DNA from: Phoronis australis | Lineage: Eukaryota; Animalia; Phoronida | DNA length: 64,000 nucleotides | Reading direction: 5' to 3' | NCBI GenBank assembly: GCA_002633005.1 | Contig: NMRA01000345.1 | Coordinates: forward strand, 382,494 to 446,493 | Shown: piece after piece, positions 13,601 to 24,672 of the stretch | Position numbering within the stretch: position 1 is the first letter of the stretch | How the letters are laid out: every line of letters starts with the position of its first letter | Program-made: the position numbers and the translations under genes | The notes under the pieces: model-generated | Seen by the model: only the letters and a program-made list of their open reading frames with translations | Database searches by the model: none | Told to the model about the DNA's origin: nothing

Positions 13601-16600
13601 GTATATATAAGGCTAGAGGTTGATATAAACTGATTAATAGAACTTAGAAATAACGTTACCACATCACCACCTCAAAGTTGTTTTAGGAAGACAGGTGTAT
13701 GGCTGGAATGCGCAGTCGTGGACACATTCCAACATAATTCTTGTAAGGTATGCTGTGTAAATTAGCATGCTCTCAATGTTATACGAAATCAATGTGATTT
13801 TTACAGTCACGATAATTCAGCAGTCTCTGGGTCGGGAGAAATTGAGGAGTTGAAGAAAATGTTGGAGACAAAGAAGAGAGAACTTATGTTAGCGCAAGGT
13901 GGTGCTGTTAGCCAGGAACACTCGACAGAGACACCTGTTGAAGAGTCTGCAGTGGCTGCATCTGGTATGATTTTAGAAGTTAATTGTTGGTTGTTTATGC
14001 TTGTGAAGACCTCAAAGTTGACAAACGTTTGTTGTAGCTTATCTAGGCTGGCGTAAGCCCAACTTTGATGATAGGTCCTGGGTATAGGCCCCCTTTACGC
14101 GGATGCCTTGTTGTCTGTAGTGTTTGTGCAAACCTGCCTCGCAAAAAAGATCTTAATTGTGTAAAGCAAGGTGTCGTTCATGGTTTAAGTCATCGGGAAG
14201 TGCACCTCAGTTCATTCAGTACATTTCATGTGAAACTCGTGGGGTTAGGGAGGCTTCACACACTCCGCAGCATTGTCCACGTCTAATTGTCGTGCAGCAG
14301 TTATTGCGTCACATGTGGGGAATAAGTTTGGACTACACTGACTGTGTCTCCCACAAATAATTTTTGCCCCGTACGGCCAAAGCCGCACTGTGTGCGGAGG
14401 GTGTGCATTCGATTGCCCACTTCTCGCAGTATGTTCGCCTTTGCGTACGTGTTGGTCATGTTCACAGAATCCATAATGTGTAAAAATTAAAACGGATTTC
14501 GTTCAGATTAGAATAACTATTATATTTGCTATTTAATTAGCATTTAGAATCTCTGTTGGTATATCTGAATCCGTGGTCAAAACATAAATTTCCGTGCGAC
14601 CTCTTTGATTTTTCATGATATTTAATGAAACAAGATGTTTAAGTCATCGGTGATCGCCTGCCTCCTTCTTGTGAGCAAACTTTGGAATTGTAACACATTC
14701 ATTTGGTAAATAGACTTGTGTTGACAGATCTCAAGCAACTTTTATCGAAAATTTTCAGGTGAACAGCTCAGTAATACGATCGCCGAACTTCAGAACGGAG
14801 TGACAGAAAGTTCACTGTTAGACAGAGCACCCATTGTCCAAAGTATTCTGGGATTTGGTGACAGCCAGTACAGTCCAAAGGCGCGGCCTGAAACCTCTCA
14901 GGGTATGAATAATGAGATGGCAGAAAGACCCACAGATTACAGAAAGGCAGGTCTGTAACTGAATAGTCTTGTGTGTCCTGTTTGAGTCACCATCGTAATT
15001 GAAACCAATTGTTATCGCTGCGCCAATCAAGATTTTTGCCAAGATTTCAATAGACTGGAGGCATTGGCTGTAGTATGATGATGTCAGTGAAATGGCAATT
15101 TCGTGTGGATTATTTGAATATGCTAATGATTATCGTCATTTTCTTGAACTGTTGCTCATTTGTCTTTTGTTTAAAGTGATATTGGTATATTCTGCCGTTA
15201 TGCTGTTAGGCCTATGTAGGACCCTAGAAAAAATCCAAATTTGGATAACTTCAGAACGTCTTATCTCAGAAATGGCTGATCAGATTCGTATGAAACTCTC
15301 AGATACTATACTGGGTACACTGGTCTCTAAAACCCTGTTGAGGGTTGATAAAATGCTTCATTTTGGCATGAGGGGCTATCAAAAAATTGGACTTAATTGA
15401 TTTTCTGAAAAAATCAAAAGTTTGTATGTGAAATCAAACTTAAATCCTATCAGATTTACAGTGAAACGTTCACAAGCAGACACTTTCATATTTGGTTCAG
15501 GAAAACCCAAGAAACGCAAAGAGTGGAAGTCACTTTTCCCAGTCACAGGAACACTGGAGAATCGTGGGAAGGTGCAGTCTCATGACGACATCAGCGTGTT
15601 GTCGGATCTGGTGTATGGTGAGTTTGTCTTCTTCAAACTAATCTTTGTCTCGGTCCTCAAATGTACAACAATGTCAGTGAATGTCTTGAGTGCAAATTGG
15701 CTAACTTTGCTTTTGGCTCATGTCATATACTAGTTCTCACAAAATGCTGAAATTGTTGACCAGCTTGTTATGCTGTCGAATCGGATGTTAATCTCTAATA
15801 ACTGAAGCGCTTTGGTGTTCAGTAACAGCCGATTAGTATGAACCAGCAACTCAAGTTACAGGCAATGCATACATGGGCCATTGTCGAATTTGCAATTTTA
15901 GGGTTGGCCAACCCCACAAGGTGAGTTTCCTGATTTTGCTGATCGAGAACTTGGGTTGTAGCCATGTTGTTCTCTCTGATTGTCCGCGTTCATCTTATAA
16001 GCTCGTGTAATCCATACTCTGAAACATAATGCGTCCACATTTGTGCATTATGCCGTCATCTCCGTCTGTCCGTCCTTACGTCCGTACGTCCGTCCGGGCG
16101 GCATCTGTCCGGCGTCCGCTGCTCTATCTCCAAAACCCTTTGACTTACGTTCATGAAATTTGGCACATGTGTTCCATTGATGAATGGGACAGCATGAGCA
16201 AACTTTCGGACGGATCCGACTACCGGTTTACCCCCTAGTGGCAATTTTAGTTTTTTACGCTTACCTTTGTATCTTCAAAAGTCCTGAACGGATTTTCATG
16301 AAATTTGGTATGTAGGCACCTATTAGTGAGATGACGCAATCCTCCTGTTTTCGGATAGATTCGACGTAGTTTGCGCAACCTAGTGGCCATTTTTACTGTT
16401 TATGAGTCTGTTTTTTGTGTCCACCCCTCTATCAACCAAACCGCTCAAAGGATGATTGTGAAAATTGGCATGTATGTGCTTACTACGAAGAGGATGGTTG
16501 ACGATGATTTTCCGACATTTCGACTGCTGTGGCGCCTCCTAGTGGCAGTTTTTTTGCGCCTATGACTGTATCTCCTAAACCGTTCGCAGGATCTTTACAA

Positions 16601-19600
16601 AATTTGGTAAGTATATTTATGTGATGTTAACAACGGAGGACGACGACTTTTGGACAGTTCCGACTACCAGTGTGCCCCCTAGTGGCAATTTTATTTTTTT
16701 TACGTTTACCTTTGTATCTTCAAAAGTCCTTATCGGATTTTCATGAAATTTAATATGTAGGCACCTATTAGTGAGATGACGCTATCCTCCCGTTTTCGGA
16801 TGGATTCGACATAGTTTGCACCACCTAGTGGCCATTTTTACTGTTTTTGAGTTTTTTTGCGTCCACCCCTCTATCAACCAAACCGCTCAAAGGATGATTG
16901 TGAAAATTGGCATGTATGTGCTTACTATAAAGAGGACGGTTGATGATGATTTTCCGACGATTTCGACTTCTGCGGCACCTCCTAGTGGCAGTTTTGTTTT
17001 TGTTGCGCCTATGGCTGTATCTGCTAAACCGTTCGCAGGATCTTTACTTAATTTAGCAAGATGACGACGAGTTTCGGACAGATCTGACTTCTGTTGTGCC
17101 CCCTAGTGGAATTTTAGTTTTTTACGTTTAACTCAGTATCTTCAAAGGTCCTCAACAGATTTTCATAAAATTTTAAATATAGGCATCTATTGGTGTGTTG
17201 ACGCTATCTTCCTGTTTTTGGATGGAATCGAGGTATTTTGCACCACCTAGTGGTCATTTTTGCTGTTTTCAAATCTTGTTTTTGGTGTCCACCCCTGTAT
17301 CAACCAAATCATTTCAAAATTGGCTTATGTTCTCAGTGTGAAGACGACCTTTGATGATGGGGACTCACTACTGTGGCGCCTCTTAGTCGTAGTTTTGTTT
17401 TGCTCCCATAGTTGTATCTCCTAAAACCACTGCAGGATCTTTACTAAATTTAGTAAGTGTTTTTATGTGATGATAACAACAGACGACATCTTTCAGGCGG
17501 ATCCAACGGACACTGTGCCCACTAGTGGCAATTTCATTTTATTCTGTTTTCCTTTGTTTCTCTGAAGTTCCTTGACAGCTTTTATGAAATATGGCATGTT
17601 CCTGTTTTTGGATGTTTTTGCGCCATCTATTGGCCATTTTTATGATACAAATAAATAACCCTAAAAGCACACCATTTGCAATGCATTCATGGGCACATTT
17701 CAGCGCTCTGCGTTGCTCTTGTTTTGAGTCGCTGATGGTTTTGATGCTCTTGTTGCCAACACAAATAGAACCCTATCACGACAGTGAATATTTTATGAGA
17801 GTATAGAGAGTATACGACGTAATTTAGTTTTTGTTTGTAGCCTACTAAATGGGGCAAAATACCTTCGAGCTTCTCTTAGGAGTCAAAGACAATTTTTAAA
17901 TTTTTAAATGTTAAAAATTTTGTCAGTATGAAAAAAAGAGTGCAGGTGGCCTGTTGCCTTATGCTATACATCAGGCGTGTTTGGGCTGCAAATCTGGGCC
18001 CGTTACACTAATCACTTTATTATCCAGACTCATGGTGACAGGACATCATCGGATTCCTCATGGGTGAAATCTTCTAATCTACCTGTTTATTTCAGAAAGA
18101 CAGAAAGACTAATAAACCTGTATTAACTAACAATGTCAACCAGGTGGGTTATGTGTCTATCAAGTAATAGATTACAGTGTCTATTGGAGGCAGGGCAAAT
18201 CTCTACCAGATGTTGGTATGAACTTGAATGTTCATTTTGTTTCAGGAAATCTAGAGATTGATCAAAGGTTCATTCATCTTGGCCTGTTTCATAATCGGGG
18301 TTCAACTTACCAGTTATATCAAGCAGAGAGTAAGTTTTCTTAATCTCAGAACATTCTTTCTGTTTTCACTTGTGATAAATTACCAAGTGCAATTCTGTTG
18401 AAGTGAAATTATTGAATTGTGCTGTTAATTGAAGTCGTGTTTGGGTTTTGAACATACTGAACATTGTGTTTGTTTCGTACCCTCATCTCAGTGCAGTTTT
18501 TTGTTTTCAGTTGATCATCACCTTGCTCATGGTTACATAGATGGCGCTATTTACTTGTACCTGTGGAAAGGAAGCATAGGTGGTGCTATCAGTCTTGCCT
18601 CTGAGCACAGGTGTCTCTCTGACTGGATGGTTGCAGTCACTGCTCAAGGTAACTAGAGTATCTTTCTGAACAAAACTGGAAAAAGATTATTAAAGTCTAC
18701 TTTCATCAGTCAAAGCAAAAATTCAAGGAGATTGGCGGAAATTTGAGATTAAATTACATGGGCACGGATTAGAATGGGGGGGGGGTCTAAACCACATCTG
18801 TCACTTACGATTATATTTCAGCATGCCACCAATCATACACAGACATGTGCTGTCAATTTTCCCTTCAACTGGAAGGCGATGGTCTGTATCACAAAGCTGC
18901 CACCTATCTGTTGGCAGCGCACCAGGTGTACGAAGCCATTGACTTGTTGCAACGTCATTCACTGTTTCGGTAAGAGTTGTGCTAGAAATGAAGGACAATT
19001 AAAATAATATTTATCTGCAGTATTAGTTCTACAGACCATCACTCCTGAAATAGTCATTGCTGTGTTATTTCCATTTTAGCCATCAACATATCAAATGGGA
19101 CTGTCTGTAAACAACTCCCATAACATGCCATTGAGTTCTTCTATGACTGTAGACCGTTGTTTAATGTCTAGGCTGTCTACATTGAGAAACTTCAAACCTG
19201 TTTTGCCAAACTTATCGTTAGACAATCGACCCCCACTTGCTCCTAATTCGATGAGAAGTGATTTCTGGGACTGGCTTGTTATCACGCTTGGGGCATAAAA
19301 TGACCCACCACGACAAGCCAACTTATAGAGCCTAGTCTCCAGCCATAACGAAGTGCCTGTTCTTTGCAAACCAAGAAATCACTCCAATTATGATTGAGGA
19401 AGACTTTGAGACAATTAATGTCAGAACAGAAAATGTTCTGAATCAGAAGTCATTTTTTACGAAACTCTGGATTATAGTCACTTTAAAGAATGAAAATCTT
19501 TATTCTCATGAGCAGATTAAGGGGCTGAAAGTCCCCTGACTGTGTAAATTTGGGGTTGAGATGTAACTAAACTTGAGTGTTTAAAGAAAGATTAATAGTC

Positions 19601-22600
19601 AAATCATTCATTGACGTAAATTGAAGATTAGGATTCTTGATTTATCTTCTCGTTTATCTTTTCCATGCAACCTGCCTCCTATAAAAAAATAACAATTGAT
19701 CTTGACCATTTTATGTTATAGAACTTGTCTCGTAATATTTAAAATCTTTCTTTGAGCAGTGACATACTCATGAACCACTTATACCTGAGAAGGAACTGTA
19801 AGGGACAAATTTGTGTGAAAACAGCTAAACCGTGGCTTCTTTTTGACAGAAAATGGGTTCATAGCAACTTAAATGTTTTGAATAATTACAATTAGTGATT
19901 TGACATGAGAAGTTAGGATCTTCAACTGTTGCTCAGGGAAGCACTAGCTGTTGCCAAAGTGAGGCTCTCCTCTAGTGACCCGGTGATCCAGAGTCTCTGC
20001 CTGGCGTGGGCCAGCCAACTAGTGAAAGACGGGGGATATGAACAGGCAGCCAAATGGTAAGTGAAGACAATCTGTCTGGTTATAGTCATTGCTGTTATGT
20101 TATTTTATTAAACATGCATGGTGTTTATGAAGTCTTGCTATTCGAGTGAATATCAATCGATTGATCTGATTTATTCTATGTTCTAAATTGGTGAAATCGT
20201 AGAAAAAAGTGTCTATAAGTGAATACCTTCTTGCCGTGTTTTCTTGTCAATTTTCTGATTTGTATTCTGTGTGTAATGAAATTCTCTCCCTTGATAGCAA
20301 AAAAATCTTTTCTAAGTTTCAAAATGACTAAAATGTTCTTCACTTTAACAGTTTCATCGCTGCTGGACAACCGTTGGAAGCTGCCAAACTGCTGTCACGG
20401 CGAAGAGATGAGTCCGGTCTGAATGCTGCCATTAGAGTCTGCCTTGCTGCCAAGGAGTTCTGCGAGGCACGTAGACTGGCCTTGACCTACTGTTTTGAAT
20501 TGATGGTCAAGAATGAGGATTCGGTGTGTGATCTTGGAGACATTCTTGCCAGAAGCTATGGAGAGTTCAGTCTCAAGGTATGCATAAGTCTTGAAATTTC
20601 GAGTAACTGTTTCTTGTTTGTGTTAGGAAATTGGATTTTACCAAAGTCAACATTTTCTTGTGTTCATGTCAGGTGGTTAGCGTATGTATTCTGGACTTGT
20701 AAAGTCACGATTTCAAATTTCTGTTTGTCGCAGGCTTCATTCTCACGATGAGCAATGTTCTGTGTAACCGCCTTCCCATTTTTTACTTTAAGAGCCCCTG
20801 GTTGTAACAAGGATTAAGTACAGAGCACTCAAGGCACCCATAGGACATTACAGTCTCAGAATGGTCTATCTAGGGATTTTAATTGAAGCCATCCAATGTC
20901 TAGGTTGCATTTATTAATCAATGAATGTTAGAAATTGGCTTTTTCAAGTGAACGCTACAGGAATGCGATGCTTGCACCCTCATCCTGTATATCCTTTGGT
21001 GGTAATAGATGATGGGTCATGTAAACATTTTCATGACGGCTCTGAAGTTGTGAGTGTGTGATTTGCACTGTCCACTATTCTTGCAAATGCTCTCCACTGT
21101 TCATCTTATTCCAGTATTTTGAGCTGGTTGTTGGCACACGTAACTTTCTTTGCACTCGGCTGAAAGAGAGTGGAGAACAGACTGGCACGACACCTGTTGG
21201 GGATCGTGAACGTAAGGAAATGTTGTGCATCGCTATGTGACCTCTACAAATTGCTTCGCTCTTGACTGCATGAATTAATAGGGATATCATTGTTTTCAAG
21301 CTTGTGTAATTTTGTTTTGCAAAGACGAGGGTTATATATCAAGTATTCACTATTGTAATGGTCTTAAGTGACACAACTGACCCTAAGCATTAAAAAGATC
21401 ATTTCAACTAATTGAAAACATCCAAGGTTAACGATGTTTGCAGCATTAGACATTTACTGTATACCTGAGAACAAAGATTTATTTATTTTTTAGAAAACTT
21501 GTTTGCTCAGCTCTCTGAGTATATTAAGCTGCGTGATGTGGGTGATGTGGTGGTAGCCATCAAGGAGATCCAGTCTTACCAGCCGGTAGCTCAAGTTGTG
21601 ATGGACACTGGTCAAGTGAGTGGGGTCACCTATGTCTTGACCAGTTGAGAGCTCAGTGGAGTAGAGGGTCTGATTGGATTGCAGGAGGTCTGGGTTTGTG
21701 CCCCAGTTGGGGCAGGAATTTTTTCAGATCTAACAACAGGTCACATGGTTTGACCAAGATATAGCATATGAAAGACTGATAGTTCATGATAAAGATGTCA
21801 ATTGCGTGAAACTTAGACAATCCAATTTATATTTTTTCAGCAACATTGTGTTTTTCCTTGACAACTGCAACAAGTTTCGATGTGTCAAACCAGTGAATGT
21901 GAAAAAAAAATTGTCGTACATACCAAGTAATACAAGACAAAAGTATTCAGACAAAATACTGTTTTTTCTATCACGAAGGCTAATTCCGTCAACAGCTAAT
22001 GAAAAAATAATTGGTAATAACCAGAAAGATTGTTGTCAGAAAATGACAACAATGCGTCTGCGTGAGCGAGACTTCTTGGAAAGTTTACAGCCTTTCCAGT
22101 GGCTGGTGCACCCTAGCAGAACTATGCTGAATCACAGACATTTAAGTGTTGACACGTCGGAATACATGTTGAATGAAAAGATCAAAAGTTCTGAAGAAAG
22201 GTGCACGTGATGACCCCATGGTTGCACCAAACGACCTGAAGCTTTGGAATTGGAACTTTATTACATGTACTAATCAGATATGTGAATTTGAAGTGTCTCG
22301 CTCAAAATCTGAATTTGCACTCAATGACCTTTGACCTATTTAATCTGATTGGATGACGTAGAAGTGTAATGTATTTGCTTTACACCTGTACACTGAAATT
22401 GAGAAGAATTCCATGAAAAATGAAAATTAGATGACCTTTTCGCCTACTGACCTCTTTCTTTGCATTACGAGTCAACCATATTTTATTAAATTTATGGATG
22501 GCTCATGTTCTTGGAAAGTTTCAAAGCTGAAAATTTAGCCATTTGAGAGTTATTAAGCTCTAGAAAAGGTCGGAAAGGATAATAATAATAAGATTGAAAA

Positions 22601-24672
22601 AGAATAAGATCAAAACCCGAGAATACGAAGACTCTGCAATGGTACGCGCTGAGTAACCGTTATGATGGCAAACAGAATGGTTTATCCACCTTTCCTATTA
22701 ATTCCCCTGCATTCTCGGTCATCAGGGGAGACTACTCTGACATACTTTTGGCTTGTACTGTACGTCTCACTATTCATGATTACTCCATTGCCAGTTGCTG
22801 CTCCATGTTGCCTTCACTGTGACGCTGGCTCTACTACATCTCTCTCAACGGGACCAGTACGGTTGTCTGAACTGTGTACTGAGTGCTTGCAGAGCCTGCT
22901 TCAAGTCATCACATTTTAGACTACTGGAGCTGATTTGTTGTCAGGGTTTTCCACAAGGTACCTACTGTGAATAGGTGCTCGGGTTGAAATATGACCCTAC
23001 TTTCTCTACTGATCCCACTGCCAGAGTGTGTATACCATCAGAGCATAACTTTTATTTTTTAATTATAATTGTAATTTTGGTTGTGGACACAGCTATGATA
23101 GTTGTTGTCGGTTAGCAGTACATTCAGCAAGTTGGTAAAACCTTTTGTGCTGTATTATTTGGAGGTTTTTTGTTCTGGAACGCAATATGCCTGTTCATCC
23201 AAGACTTTAAATTGTAGAGCATAACATCTGATTATGAGGATATTAATGAGTCAAGATGGCTGTATTTAGTTGCTTTGACACTCCATGACCATGGGTATCT
23301 GTTAACAGTGTTGCTTGCTCATTAGCTATTATGATTTTATTTGCATTTTGGTGCTGTATTTTGCAAATAGGATAACCAAATGTTGTTATTTGCCAGCTGC
23401 TCTTACAAAACATCAGGTGTTAAATGACGATTGACTAACTAACGTCTATGCTTTTTCTTGTTAAAGGAAATTTGATTTCATTATCATATAATTTTAATTC
23501 TATTTCAGGAGCAAGAAAAAGTTTCAATAACTCAAATAAGTCGGTCTCGACAGAAAATTCCGATAGCGGCAACCAAGCGGTAGTTGCGTGTGAGAATCTG
23601 ATGCAATCCATTGACAAGTTTATTTGTTACTGTAAGCTGATCAAGTTGAGTGCAGCTTTGAAAAGAGATGGGCACGTGAAGTGTACAGCTGAGACCCTTC
23701 GTGGCTATTGGGCAGCTGCTATGTCCGATGGAGTCCCGTGTGGCTGTGATAGATGTTTACGACTTACTTCAGATGCCAGTGGTGTCGGAGGGGAGAGTGG
23801 GGTAAGTTTATTTTGGACAGGTAATTTGTTTTGTAGGAGCAAGGCGTGGACTAGTGGCGGTGACTCGTGTGTTTTGTTAACTAATTAGAACTTGTTGCAA
23901 GTTTATACCGCATTAAGGTTGGGTGGATTGAAATGAATACATTATAGTGAAAGTTTAATGTTTTAGGAAATCTGCAGAAAAGCTAAGTACGGTAATGCTG
24001 TGAACTATGACAGCAGTGGCAAGGATCAAGTTACAAATAAATAACATCATTCCTGACAGTCCTCGAATCGGATGTCAAAAATATTTTTTGAATAGTGAGG
24101 ACATAGTGCTGCTTAACATTACTCTCAGCTTTTCCTTACCAAGGTTAGAAATGATTCTGGGCTTTTTTCAGCAAGTTTAGTATGACTGTTTGTAATCTAG
24201 AGTCTTTTCTGCATGGACCCAAGTAGTTTTGTGTCACTTTATGAATCGATATATGTAGCTGAGTTTGTATGGTAACAAAAATTGTCTGTTTAGTGAAATA
24301 TATCATTAACAATGTAAAGAAAGTGACAGCAACGACAACCAATGAACATGATGCTTCAGTTTGAACTGAAACTCCAGCTGTTTAGTTTTGTATTTTAATT
24401 TTCAGGCATTCCCTGTTGTTGTTGAGTGTGCCCAGGTAATAACTGAGTTGTGTGAAGATCCATCACTGCTCAGTCAAGATGCCGACAGTGCTGAAGCTCT
24501 GAGTTCATTAAAGGACCAGGTCGTAAAATGGGGTCTGGAGCACATAGCTGAGGCACCTCTTAGAAATTACTCGAAGGCAGATACTATTGTGCCATCTGGT
24601 GGCGGCAATAGCAACGATGTCAGCGTGGCTGGAGAAGCAATTCAAGTGGGTGTTGACAACCATGATGCATAA
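1647..24672 (+). CDS. GEMIN5: Gem-associated protein 5 (WD40 + TPR-like RNA-binding subunit of the SMN complex), 5'-partial, 27 coding exons in window
   Basis: Exons: 1647-1828, 2151-2287, 2766-2997, 3992-4133, 5350-5446, 5824-5939, 6717-6802, 7314-7390, 8031-8146, 8490-8563, 9741-9937, 10625-10767, 11777-11948, 12864-12927, 13807-13964, 14759-14950, 15501-15617, 18246-18329, 18511-18648, 18822-18969, 19937-20056, 20352-20577, 21115-21211, 21494-21615, 22795-22957, 23509-23801, 24406-24672 (TAA). All intron phases are compatible. Gemin5-type motifs occur in the expected order: HRLRGHEDEV, ASGSRDRTIRLW..RLWLT, HIRIVFN..SMDRQ, PSLGGFAY, LAIGVGDDMIRVW..WQGVKGKVT.LSWHP, YHKKTVY..TWGP, HRKLINCLRWHP, KSLFP, HLGLF, LWKG, KAATYLL..HQVYEAIDLL, REALAVAKVRL..DPVI, QAAKC. 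The ATG exon(s) are upstream of base 1. Exons 14-16 and 23-27 are less conserved and rest mainly on splice signals and frame. Confidence 0.95.
7683..7892. mobile_element. Fold-back MITE with TAG-type terminus (Academ-like), copy 1
   Basis: Left tagctacatagaactgctggaagtc is inverted at right gacttccaacaagtctatgtag; internal inverted ctgcttga/tcaagcag; second copy at ~12293-12498. Confidence 0.55.
10145..10420. mobile_element. MITE with imperfect TIRs (Harbinger-like)
   Basis: agacttctgtttcgtgaaaaagtgact is inverted at agtcactttcatgaaacaggcctct. Confidence 0.5.
12023..12277. mobile_element. MITE with CATGCACGCACCCAG..CTGTGTGCGCGCATG termini and 5-bp TSD
   Basis: 15-bp imperfect TIRs; direct repeat AGATT at 12018-12022 and 12278-12282; related copy at 61652-61811. 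Confidence 0.75.
12293..12498. mobile_element. Fold-back MITE, copy 2 (family of 7683-7892)
   Basis: catagaactgcc..ggtagttctatttagcta termini; internal ctgctgcttgacctt/aaggtcaagcagcag inverted repeat. Confidence 0.55.
15997..17722. repeat. Helentron-associated-type (pearl/HINE-like) element with ~3.5 tandem units of ~420-445 bp
   Basis: 5' GTCC/GTCT microsatellite (16060-16100); unit marker ccc(c/a)ctagtgg recurs at 16231, 16675, 17099, 17518; ends gcgttgctcttgttt. Family assignment is inferred from architecture. Confidence 0.75.
21640..21727 (+). mobile_element. Degenerate tRNA-derived SINE head
   Basis: A-box-like agctcagtggagtagag and decayed B-box ggtctgggtttgtgcccc at tRNA-like spacing, followed by a T run; no intact cloverleaf. 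Confidence 0.4.
22120..22660 (+). repeat. Single-unit copy of the TGACCTTTGACC repeat element family at 51.5-55.7 kb
   Basis: Closely similar blocks (gaatcacag, gttgacac, tgaccccatggttgcac, tcaatgacctttgacctatt) and similar 3' tail (aagaataag..aaaaccc..actctgc..gagtaac). Confidence 0.8.

Noticed and set aside
14241-14250. GGGGTTAGGG as a telomerase RNA template (CCCUAACCC on the minus strand)
   Set aside because: It sits in a hairpin loop, and no pseudoknot or H/ACA arrangement could be built downstream.
15997-17722. Regularly spaced short motifs resembling a CRISPR array
   Set aside because: The 'spacers' are themselves repeated every third unit, the context is a eukaryotic intron, and there are no cas genes. 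The duplicated ORFs at 16371 and 16816 are repeat by-products.
21640-21727. tRNA gene (also 44170-44245)
   Set aside because: A/B-box-like motifs only; the acceptor and anticodon stems do not form, so both were treated as SINE heads.
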